A DNA stretch of 52,386 nucleotides, filler included, from Barthelona sp. PAP020 (lineage: Eukaryota), in assembly GCA_040182905.1 (NCBI GenBank). It is 2 parts of 2 records of this genome, joined end to end, with 100 filler letters (N's around TTAATTAATTAA, not from the genome) between each part and the next. Parts side by side here need not be neighbours in the genome. Positions count along the whole stretch, not along the records: positions 26,376 to 52,386 come from JARQWU010000140.1; 1 more part is not named here. The stretch is one strand, 5' to 3'. The first letter of the stretch is position 1; each line of letters begins with the position of its first letter. Shown piece after piece: positions 30,566 to 42,100 of this stretch. Under the pieces are notes generated by a model. It was not told the DNA's origin. It worked only from the letters and a program-made list of their open reading frames with translations, and did not search any database. The position numbers and the translations under genes were made by a program.

Positions 30566-31309
30566 CTACACTCTTGCAGCTTTTACTGTTTTTTTTTTTA
30601 AAGAATTGTCAACCATATTTTCAATTTCATCTTTCTTATCAGAAGAGTTTGGAATCTCTATTATGTCCAACAAAGCAAGACCTTCATTTACTTCATCCAA
30701 ATTGTTATTCTTTGATTCAACCAGATAAAAAGGGCTTTTATCTTGATACAGGGGTTTTGTTTGTTCACTATCACTTAATTGTTCCAAAAGAACATTGATA
30801 TCTTCTTCACCCATATTTATTATAGCTTGTGCTATTGTTTGATCACAATTATCAATAATCATTTGGTCAACTTCTTCCATTTGATCAATTAACTCACGAT
30901 TGGTGTCCAATATTGCATCAATTTCATTAGGAGCCATTGTTAATTGTTCAAACACTTGATTTACTTGATCCAAAGTCTTAACATACTCTATTTGTCTTTC
31001 TTTTTCAGCTTCTGTTTCAATAATTTTCTGCAAATTGAGTATACGAGCAACAGCAGTTCTTAATTGGGCTTCAAGCATCTTTTTCAATTTTAACTGCATT
31101 ATTGCTTCTTGTTTTTTGGATTCTTTATGCAATTTAATACATAAATTTGTTTGATATCTTATTCTGGCTTCAGTATCACGTAATAATTTTCTATAATTAT
31201 CACGTGTTGTTTTCATTTGCAGCATCATTGTGTCTTTTTTGGTAATTCTTTCATTATTTTCTTCAACATTCCTATTTCTTCGACAAAGGAAGCTGAAAAA
31301 ACTTCCCAT
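30566..31309 (-). CDS. CHMP6: ESCRT-III subunit CHMP6/Vps20 (Snf7 family)
   Basis: MGSFFS myristoylation-type N-terminus, ITKKD.MMLQMK.TRD, KKQEA..QLKLKK.LE basic helical half and acidic C-terminal half. Confidence 0.78.
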   Translation of the reverse strand: MGSFFSFLCRRNRNVEENNERITKKDTMMLQMKTTRDNYRKLLRDTEARIRYQTNLCIKLHKESKKQEAIMQLKLKKMLEAQLRTAVARILNLQKIIETEAEKERQIEYVKTLDQVNQVFEQLTMAPNEIDAILDTNRELIDQMEEVDQMIIDNCDQTIAQAIINMGEEDINVLLEQLSDSEQTKPLYQDKSPFYLVESKNNNLDEVNEGLALLDIIEIPNSSDKKDEIENMVDNSLKKKTVKAARV

Positions 31310-31490
31310 ACTTGAAAATTATCACATAGAATTTATTTCTCATCAAAATCATATCAACTTGAAAATTATTCTACAGCTTTTTGTTGTATTTTTTCCCATT
31401 GATTTTTGATTTGAGATAAATGCAAAATTGATAAACATATGAATAAGTAAACATTTTTCACATTCACAAAAGAAATTTTTTTTTAAATTT

Positions 31491-32066
31491 ATGGGTTGTA
31501 GATCATCAAGCGATATAGAAGAAAGTTTTACCATTCAGCTAGTTGGACTCGATAATAGTGGAAAAACAACATTGAAAAATAAATTATGTGGAAGAACTGA
31601 TGAAATTATTGTACCCACTTTAGGTTTCGATTATGATGACTTTAAAGATGGAAGATTTAATATTAGGGTGCATGATTTAGGTGGAGCTGCAATATTTAGG
31701 GATACTTGGAAATATTATTTAGATGAAAGTTTTGGTTTTATCTATGTAGTAGATGCAGCTGATGAAGCTCGTTTAAAGGAATCTTCTGAAGTTTTTGAAA
31801 ATTTATTGAAAAATAAAAGTCTTTCTGCAAAACCCATATTGATATTGGGAAATAAAACCGATTTGCCTGATTGTATCGATGAAGCGGAACTCTCCAGAAT
31901 CTTCAATTTGTGTACAAAAAACGATATTACATTTTCAATCCACATGGTTTCTTTGATCAATGATAATATTGAAAGAGATTTTAAAAAAGCTTTACATTGG
32001 TTATATAACTCTATTTCAACTAGGTATGATCAAATTCAAGCTACTATGACTGAATTTAATGAATGA
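31491..32066 (+). CDS. ARF-like small GTPase, ARL13-like, short form
   Basis: LVGLDNSGKTT, PTLGF, DLGGA (no catalytic Gln, as in ARL13), WKYY, YVVDAAD..RL, KPILILGNKTD and terminal LHWL helix; N-terminal MGC. Confidence 0.8.
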   Translation: MGCRSSSDIEESFTIQLVGLDNSGKTTLKNKLCGRTDEIIVPTLGFDYDDFKDGRFNIRVHDLGGAAIFRDTWKYYLDESFGFIYVVDAADEARLKESSEVFENLLKNKSLSAKPILILGNKTDLPDCIDEAELSRIFNLCTKNDITFSIHMVSLINDNIERDFKKALHWLYNSISTRYDQIQATMTEFNE

Positions 32067-32268
32067 ATTATTTTTGTATTCTTGAAATTATTTATATTGT
32101 TATTGATTATCATTCTTCATTAAATATCAACTGAAATTATTGTAGATACTTTGTATAAAAAGAATTTGTTCTCTTTTTTTGATCAGAATAAATATTTTCC
32201 AATTCAATCACAAAATTCTTTTTTCAAGCAGTCTTTCCTCTAGGTTGTACTAATAATATTTGTTATTC

Positions 32269-32751
32269 ATGTTTGAAACGACAGAAAATTGTTTTTTATG
32301 TAAAGTGTTGAACTCAGATTTTTCTTTTTTTATGAAATCTCAAATATACGTACCGAAAGTTGGTGATTATGTTGGTGCAAAAGTTTTGCAAGTTGCTCCA
32401 TGGAGAATTCATGTTGAAATATTCAGTGCGAATGATAATATTCTTAGATATAATTTCAATGGAATAGTCAACAAAGAAGATGTTCGGTCCTATCACATTG
32501 ATTTCGTTAACATGTATAATTCGTTCTGTATTGGTGATATTATTATTGCAAAAGTTTTATCGATTGGAACAGGTAATAATTACATTCTAACAACGGCCCA
32601 AGAAGATTTAGGCGTTATAAAAGCCGTTTCAAAAATGGGACATCCTTTGTTGCCAATTCCTAACAGTTCGGAAATGATGATTGCCCTTGAAACGAGTGAG
32701 ATTGAAGGACGCAAAGTTGTGAAGTTTTCTTTGGATTCAATGAAATTATAG
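32269..32751 (+). CDS. CSL4: Exosome cap subunit CSL4/EXOSC1 (S1 domain + C-terminal domain); start uncertain
   Basis: PKVGDYVGAKV, FNGIVNKEDVR, MYNSFCIGDIIIAKVLSIG, YILTTAQEDLGVI.A.S..G and terminal E.RKV.K. Confidence 0.85.
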   Translation: MFETTENCFLCKVLNSDFSFFMKSQIYVPKVGDYVGAKVLQVAPWRIHVEIFSANDNILRYNFNGIVNKEDVRSYHIDFVNMYNSFCIGDIIIAKVLSIGTGNNYILTTAQEDLGVIKAVSKMGHPLLPIPNSSEMMIALETSEIEGRKVVKFSLDSMKL

Positions 32752-33186
32752 TCGTTAAATTTTCCAATAATATTGACGTTTCTTCTTTTTTTTTTTAGTC
32801 TTTTATTGATAAATTGTTTTGTCTTTATTTTTGTATGGTTTTTCTTTTTTCCTCCAACAAATTAAAACTGTTTCTTCACAAATTGTTTGGAATCTCCATT
32901 CTTAATAATATTTCATAAAACAGTTTATACAATTTATTTTGCAAAACACATTGAATTGTTGAATGTACATTGAAGGCTTTTGAAGTACTTTGAGAAATAA
33001 TTGTCAAAACATTTGGCTTCAAGGACGATCCATCTTTGGATAATTGTAAGCTGTGTCTGACTGATGAAATTTTGAAAATCATATCAAAGAAAGAAAAAAT
33101 ATTCAAAAATTTATGTTTTGTGTTTTAGGATTTCATTGGCGACATTCTCGTTCTGGAGGTTCCCATCCACTTTGATTTCAAAACGT

Positions 33187-36100
33187 TTATTCCTCTGAAG
33201 ACGAAATGTCTGAGTCAAGATCTTCTTCAGCAGCGTTTTCTTCCTCTTGTTTGGCTTTAACTTTACTTGACAAGTAAGTTTTCATATTGACTATTGCTGC
33301 ATCGATTCCTTGTCCAAAACTTTTTTCTTTTGATTTTGCCAAACCCAATTTGGAGGAGAGTTTAAATTTCTCCTTCAAAATGCTTTGATCTGAAACGTCT
33401 TTCGTCTTTAGTTCATCATATTGTTTCTTGATCAACAAACTTTCTTTATCTTTTGCGGCAAAACCAATGTCTTTGTTCATATCAGGAACATCTTTGTTCC
33501 AAATTTGTTTTTCAAGGAATTCAATGTCATCCTCAATCATGTCAATCATTTCATCATAAACGTTGTTATCAAATAATCCACGAGATTGTTTGAAATTGAA
33601 ACTGTCGGTGATTTGATCGTTTTTACTAAATAAAATCTTTTCAGCTTCATTATATTGCCTTGATTTTGTTTCCTTTGCAAACGATTCACAATACATATCG
33701 CTCACGATCTTCATCAATGTTAAATGTAAAGGGATATACTCTATTGAAGCATCATTACTTCCTTCATGACCCTTTGAATTCAAAATCAAATGTATAAGTG
33801 CACGAGAACATACCAATAAAGCATCGGCATTATCTTGGATACGTTTTTTGTGTATATAGAGAGTGAAGATACCATTATCCTCTTCTTCCTCTTCTTCTTC
33901 GTCTTTAGATATGAAATAGCTATTTTGAAAGCTGTTATTCCAAGAATGTTTGGGTAAATTTGTAGCTATCACAATCTTTGGAAGTGATATCTTGAATAAA
34001 TTAGAAACTCGAAGGCTTAATTCTTTGCAAAGATTTAAATTGAACGTTTCAGCAATTGAAAGTTCAATTTCGGAGATTATTGACAAATAGCCAGGGCATT
34101 TGATAAGTTTTTCAAGATTATCAGCAGGAGCAGCTTTATAATTATTCATTTGAGCATTAATTTGCTTATCAATCTCCTTAGTTTCAAATGATGTATCAAC
34201 AGATATTCCGACATCTATTTTTTCCTCCAACTCGTCTATTTTTGACAATAGTGATTGCAATGTGTCATTATTGAAATCAAAATCGTATTCAGATGCAGGA
34301 ATCGATAAACCAATGTTATCAGTCAAACGAATCTCATGGGAGGTATCAACATGTGGTTGATTTTCAGAAATTGTAGCAGAATCAGATTTTTCGCTTTCCA
34401 CTAACGAAGAATATACACTTTTTGCTTGTTGACTCTTTGCCGCATCTTCAGCAACAATATTAACCTCAACTGTTAGATTTTCAGTTTGCTTACGATTAAT
34501 ATCATTGACATTATCCTTAAATTGGTTGAATATGTCATTCTTAAGTGCATTAGATAAACTTTCAATTTGAACTTCTTTCTTTCTTTTTTCACCCAAAGAT
34601 GCAGCTTTGGCATTCAATAAATCACGTTTTTTACGTTCGTTAAACCTAAGTAAAGCTGAATCAATTTGTTTTTGCAATTGCTCGTCTCGAATCTTAAGTT
34701 GAGTCTCAATTGTCTTCATATGCTCATCAACCATATTGTTTTTCTGTTCTTCAGTGAGACCTTTTTGTAATTGTTGTTGGAACATTTGTTTTTGAGCATC
34801 TACTACTTGTTGACGCATCATTTCGTTCTTTCTATCCAATTCTTCTTGAATTTTTGCAAGTCTTTCTTCCTCTTTCCTGTACTTTTCATTGATTTCTTCT
34901 TCTTTACGACGAACTTCTTCATCATGTTCTTTTTGAATTTCAATCATTTGCAATTCTTTTTCTTTTTCTGCTAACGCTATCTTAGCATTGCGTTCATCCT
35001 CCAGTTTTTGTCTTTGTTCCATGATTTCATTCTTGTATGCAGCAATCTTTCCAGTAGCATCTCCAAATTCAGGTACAAACTCTTCCAACAACACCAACAA
35101 CTCTTCATTGTAATTGTCTTGTAAATCAGCACGTTCTTTTGTATGACGAATTCTTAAACTTTGAATTTCTTCTTCAATTAACCTATCACGTGTTTGAACC
35201 ATTGAATCTTCCAGACTTAACAATTTATTAGTGGTTTCATCATCAATATCTTTTTGGCGTCGAATCAGTTCATCCGAATTCAAATCATTGACTTGTTCAA
35301 CGATTGATTTACTCTTCTCCAATTGGTCGGAAATGATCTTTTCTCTTTCTTCTTGTGCCAAAGTATTTGAGCGTTTTTCTGCTCTTTTCATAGCTTCAGA
35401 TTGTTCTTCCAAATGTGTAATAACCAAAGAACGAGAACGATTGTATTTTTCTTCAGCCAAAACTTGTTCAACAATTTCATGAATTTGATGCTCAGGCATA
35501 CCTTCTGATTCTTTTTTAATTTTTTCTCTCATTCTATTCATTCTTGCACGTTTTGAATGTTGTTCTTCTTTTAATTTCATTTGTTGATGAATCTCTTCTG
35601 CTTTTTTTCTTTCTTCTTCTGCCAATTGCGCCAAACGTTTTTCTTTTTTAATTCTCGCTCTTTCTTTAGCCATTTTTAATTGACGTTTGCGTTCATTGTC
35701 AATGAAGTCCATTTTATTTTCCAAATCTTTGTTAGCATCATCCAACATATTGCCAATATCTTTGTTATTACTGTCAAGTTTGGCAAAAATACTGTTAAAC
35801 CTTTGTTCAATTTCATCACTCTCTTTCTTTATTGATTCATTAATGTCGCTATTGATTTTTTCTTTAGAATTTTCAGTATGATTTGCTAAATTAGCCATTT
35901 GATTGTTATGTTCATCTTGTTCTTTCAAATTATTTTTAATTTGTTCAATAGCATCTTCATCAAGGAGTCCTTTTGATTCTGCAATCTTAACCATCTTATC
36001 ATTTTCTTCATTCAACTGTTCAAGTCGATTTTGAGCGTTTATGTTCATTTTTGCTAATCTTTCTCTCTTCAATCTTTCAAATCTTTCCAAAGCTAAAGAT

Positions 36101-39100
36101 TGTTGTTGATTAATATTATTGTCTACTTGATCACGTAAATCATTGATTCGATTGTTATAATCATCAATGATTTCTTTTCTCTTTTCATTATCATTTTCAT
36201 TATCTAATAATCTTTCCATCTCTAATTTACGTTGTTTGATCTTTTCAATCAATTCTTTCTTCTCATTTTCTTCTATTTCAATCAATTCTTTGTTCTTTTC
36301 ATTTTCAAGCATTGATGCTTCATTAGCATTATTGAAATTATTTACTTGATCATTAATAAAATTCAAATTCTTTAAAATCTCTAACAATTGATCAGTATCG
36401 ATATCTCCTTTTTCAATGGCCTGCTGTAATTGTTCTAAAATTGAAGTTTTAGTCTGATTAAAATTATTTTGAATTGTATCATTGATTTCTGGAGACTTTT
36501 TTTGTTTACGTTTCAACAATAATTCAGCATGTCTTCTCTTTGCTTCTGCTATTTGTAAATCAGTTGAAGCATCAGTTTCTTGTTTCAACAAATCAATACG
36601 AGTCTGTAATTCATTGATTAATTCAGGTAAATCATTTGGATTTGCTTGTTCCATCAATTTATTGTATCTTTCTCTCAATAACAACTCTTCTCTTTCCAAT
36701 TCTTTCTTCTTAACTTCTTCGATATCAACTATCTCTTCATTCAATTCATTTTCCAACTTTTGCTTGTCCAAAGTATCTTCTTCCAATAGGATTGAAACAT
36801 TTTCATTAAAATATCCAAACATTTGATTGAATCTTTGTTGAATCTCAGAATCAAGATCAAATTCTTCATTTTGTTCACTCAATAAACGATTTTGTAATTG
36901 TATTATTTGTTGGGATTGAGTTTCCAGCATTTCTTGTCTTTTTTCCAATTGCAACTTCATCATATATTCTTTATCTTTTTGATATTGAATGGTCAATCTA
37001 TTAATAATCGAGTTTTTGCTGGATTCAATGCTTGAATCACATTGTTCATTCAACAAATCTAAATCAGAATCTAATTGTATCTTCATGGCAGATCTTTCAT
37101 TAACATTCTTTGTTTTCTTTAATTTTCTTTCATAATTATCAGTCAAACGTTTTCTAATAACATCATATCGCTTTTGAATCTCTTCAATCTCATTCTCTAT
37201 TGTTTCATCTCTTAAAGCTTCAAATTCATTAAATAATCCTTCAGCAGCGACCATTTGCTTGTTTGCTAAAGTATTACGTTGCTCACTGAAATCTCGACCA
37301 TATTCTGCTAAAGATCGTTCCAATTTTTGCTGATTTTGTAATTCTCGGCGTTTTGAATCAGCCCATTGATTGACTCTTTTTCTTGCTCCAATTTTATCAT
37401 TCTCTTTCTTCTCTTCCAATTCAGTTTTAGTCTTATCTAATACTTTCAATTGCTCATTTTGACCAGAATTACGATATCTTTCCATTTCTTGCATCAATAG
37501 ACTCATTTGTTCCTCATACATTCCTTCAACTTTCAAATAGGCTTGATTTAAAGTATCTTCAATAGTTGCTTCAAGATTATCAATCTCTTCTTTATGTCTT
37601 TCTGAAACTGTTTCTGGTGATTCATAAACATCTTCCATGTTGAATTCAGCAGGTTTAAAAGGCATGGCTATACCAACCGAATCATCAACAATCACTGTTT
37701 TTCTGTTGTAAGCACCACCAATACCTCCCATATTTGAAAGTAAGAACTCATCGGTGATAATTTCTTCAACTTCTTTTCCTTGATTCAATAATTGTCGAAT
37801 CAAATCAGTTAATTCTGCCAACTCATCTTTTTGTTCAGTAACTTCACCAACAACAGGTAACAAATTCAATGGAGTAAAAGTGTCATGATCATGTAAGGGT
37901 TGATTTTTTTCAATCAAACGATTAACCAATTCTTGAGCATATTGTTGATTAGCATCTATTGTTTCACGAATTGAAACTAATTTTAGCAAATCATTATGAT
38001 AATCCTTGAATGATTTGTTCATCTGTTTGTGGAAATCATTCAAATATTCATGCAATACATTGATAAAATCCTCTTTTCGAGCAAAAACTCCATTAGTATC
38101 ATCATTCTTTGCTAATTCTTCAAGATCTAAATCTCGGGCAGTTTGTTGAGTTTCTACCATATCTTTCAAACCATCAAAAAGTTGCTTAAATGCTTGAATA
38201 TCTTTCAAAACATCAGCATCTGCAATCTTGATATTGTCATAACCATCAATCAATAAATTACGTACAGCAGTGATAGGAATAATATATTTTAAATCCAAAG
38301 TGACCAAACGATCATTTTCCAGCAATTGACTGTTGTGATACTTTTGAACAAAAGTTTCATCAAAATTTTTGAGATAATCATTAAATAATTCCTCAATTAT
38401 CTTATCAACATTGATAAAATCATGATTTGTTGATAAAATTTTCAACAAATTGAAAGTTTTCTCCAAATATTCATTCAACTTTTCTTCAATACCATGACGT
38501 TCATTATTGATATAAATTCTATGAATTACTTCATTCAATAACCCATTTCTGGTATTTAAAGCTTGTTGTAATGCTTCCATATCAAAATCATCACTAATTG
38601 AACGTTTATTCACATCAAATATAGGAACAATACCTCCCATATCATTCTTTTCAATTCCAACAATTAAAGAAGGTTGTCCACTATTGATATCAATCAAACG
38701 AATCCCCAATAAGATAGGCAAATCAATGTTACATATTGGATCATGAATTGTACCTAATTGAGTACCTGTTTCAATATTTTCTTGAATCTTTAATAAAATT
38801 TCTTTTGATTGAACATTTGAAACATAATCTGTTTGTTCTTCATGTTGTAAAACTTGTGTCAATTGATTAATTTGTATTGTTAGCACATCCAAAACATTTT
38901 GATTTAATTTAGAAAGATCTGTATGTAATTGATCAACATCAATACAGTCAGCATTTAATTTCATGTTGCTAACCATTCGTCCAATACGATTTGTATAATC
39001 TAAAACACTTTCAGCATATTTCTTGATTTTTTCTAATTTAAATAGATGGAATCTAAAATTCATTCCTCCACCATATACAATCGCTTTATTAACATCACGA

Positions 39101-42100
39101 TTAAATCTAGAACCACAAGCATATACGTTGTTTTTACTCAAAGGATCTTCATATAATTGCCCTTGGATAATTCCTTTGTTTTGATGTGATGTAATCTCAT
39201 AACTCATACCTCCAGTCGGAATAACCTTTCCACTGGGTGCACTTAATGATACACCAGAAATAGGAACAATGGAACCATTGCTTGAAGTCATCAATCCGTT
39301 TTGAACAATAGGAACATCTAGTCCAGTAATAGGATCTGAATAAAGTCCACCAATAGGCACAATGGTACCATTGGGAATAATGGTAGCGGCCATAACAGGA
39401 ACTTTACGACCAGAAACAGGATCAGTAATAAGATCACCAAAATTAACAGAATGTAATGATTCCACTGGAATTTTTATCTCAGACACAGGACCATTCTTTA
39501 AAGGATGTGTTGGAAATGGTATATATGGAATCAATGGAGTATCAATAGGAATAGAAAGATCAGTAACAAAAACAACTTTCTTTGTGATTGGATTGACCAT
39601 GAGTAAAGTTTCCATGGCATAAACCAAACCATCTCTTGGGTCAATTACCATCTCAGAAGGACATTCAATTGTTTCACCATTGGGTCTCAACAGTTTTATT
39701 CCTGGAATAGGAACAATTAACTTTGTTGTGCAATCTACTCTGGTAATACCCTCAAGAAGCATAACTTCACCCTTTTTATCCACAATATCTTCAAAAGTGA
39801 GACTCAATTTAGACTTTGGATCAATCATACGACATCCAGATGGAACATACAATTCATTTAGCTCAGCTGCAAAAGAATTGAATAAGTTTGTCACTTTTAG
39901 ATGATTTCCTCGAATCTTTCCAAGTAGCATTTCAACTTCTGAAACGTGATTCACACTATCAGGGGATTGTAACAACTTTGATAATGCCATCCTAAGATCT
40001 GGCAATTTATCATCGATTTCTTGAATCGTCTGAGATATGTCTTGATCGTATTTGTCTCGTTGACGCTTTCTTTTATCATTATTACTCATCCATTCATTGA
40101 ATACTTTGTTTTGTTCCTTTAAAATACCAATTCTTCTTTGTTTTTCTTCTTCAGCTTCCTTAACCAAAATTTTCGTTTGTTTCTTGATGTACTCAATCAT
40201 TGAATTGGTAAATTTCCCTGGTAATGCTTCTAATCTTGAAGATACAAGATTTCGAATGCTATCTTGTTGCGCTTGAATGTTTTTGTAAAATTTTCGCAAA
40301 TTATCATCAGTGTCCTTCAAACGCATATCAAACACATCGTTCATCTTATTCAAAGAATCAAACAATGCATGTACATCAAAGCCTTCCAAGTCAACTAACC
40401 AATCATCATCTTTGTAATCTCTTTCAAACAATCTACCTGCTTCTCCCATTGCTAATCTGAACTCTTTTGAATATTGGGCATCATGATCAAAACTAACGTT
40501 GTTATTTTTTCCACTAACATCTCTATACAAAGGAGTATCTCCCTTTGATCTTGTCCATTGTTTACGTTGGAAACAATAGGTGCCAATAATCACAATACCT
40601 GCTGTTAAGAACAATCCGCCAAGCAAAATAACTATCAATAACCAATCTGGTGTTAACAATAAGGAATCTGTACGACGTACAGCTAATGAAACCAAATTAG
40701 ATGAGGTTTGGGGAACAATTTGAGCCCTTGTAGGACAAACAGTATCAGCAGGCATGACAGAAACAATAACTTTCTTGTATGGATCAAGATTTGAAGTAAA
40801 AACATGCACACCAGATGTGGTGAAAGTAAAAAGGAAAGTAGAAACTGTCAAATTTGCTTTAATACGTGCCGCCAAATCACGGAATGCACCGTAATCAAAC
40901 TCTTCATCAGTATTTGCTAAATTATCCTTTTCATATATTGGATAATCACCAGAAGAAATGTCAAACATCACAGTTTCTCCTAATTGTAGACAAACGAGAG
41001 GCTCTATTAACCAACTAGCATCTTCATCAGAATTTGAAGATGGCAAATTCAATTCACTGATCAACCCATTTAAATAAGCAGAACTAGGGTTATACACCCC
41101 TTTAAAAGTGCTATTCAATTGTATGGGGATAATAGTACAACCACTTGCAGGTGCTTTAACAACACAACTCATCTTTCCTTGCATTCCACTCACACCAGAG
41201 ATATCAATTTTTGATATTGAGGAACCTTGTTTCTTAACGTAAAGATATAATCCTGTTTTTTCTTCATCAGGATCAATCGGTTGCAATTCCATCAACATTT
41301 GTTGTGAACGACATGCGGAATCACATATAATGTCTTCGTCAAGTGCATCATCACATATACAAATACCAACGGAAGAATCAAATTCTCCCTTACCAGACAG
41401 ACATTGTGTACAACACAATGTTGAATCAACAGCAGCAATGCACTCTCCGTTGCTGGAACGAATCTGATTCTCTTCACAACGGCTGTACACAATTGGTTGA
41501 CAATCATAATCACTGTCTGTATCCGAACGCATAGAACCAGTTGAATCATAATACACATAGTTGGCTTTACAAATACATGAACCATCATACAACTGGAATA
41601 TTCTATTTCGACCAACACAACTACAAGTAAGAGAACCAATATCTGACACAGCATAAGGTCCACATGGACTGCAAGATTGTGAACCAATTTGAGGTGCAAA
41701 TGAATTGACTGGACATAATTCACAAGATGTGTTGGAAAATGAAGTCATGTTTGGATTATAGCTTCCTGCAGGACATGCTTTAGGAATAATAGCTCCTTTA
41801 GGACAATAATGCCCAACAGGACAAGGGTAACCACCTTGAGACATATTGGCAGGATGTGAATTGACAGCACCCTTTACACAAATATACCCTTCATCACATG
41901 TGTATGAAGTCATTCTATCACCTACATCACAAGCTTGCGTGGCTGGACATGGTTCACACGCATTCTCCAAAGAATCACGCAAGAAAGTAGAAAAATGACG
42001 AGTCCCTGCGGGACATAAAATAGGACTATTTGATCCTTCTGGACAATAGTATCCATCAGGACATGGAATAGGAGCAGTAGTGGATTCAATTGAACAATAA

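Noticed and set aside
11328..32066. Apparent ciliary phosphoinositide module (5-phosphatase, HYLS1, ARL13-like)
   Set aside because: The ARL13-like gene is on the other side of the artificial contig join, and eukaryotic gene order here looks functionally mixed.
32876..33186. Coding-like sequence downstream of the giant gene (76-aa track ORF and an alternative-frame tail ...FEIKVDGNLQNENVANEILKHKT)
   Set aside because: No recognisable homology, no credible splice or frameshift signal, and the main ORF ends naturally in an acidic tail.
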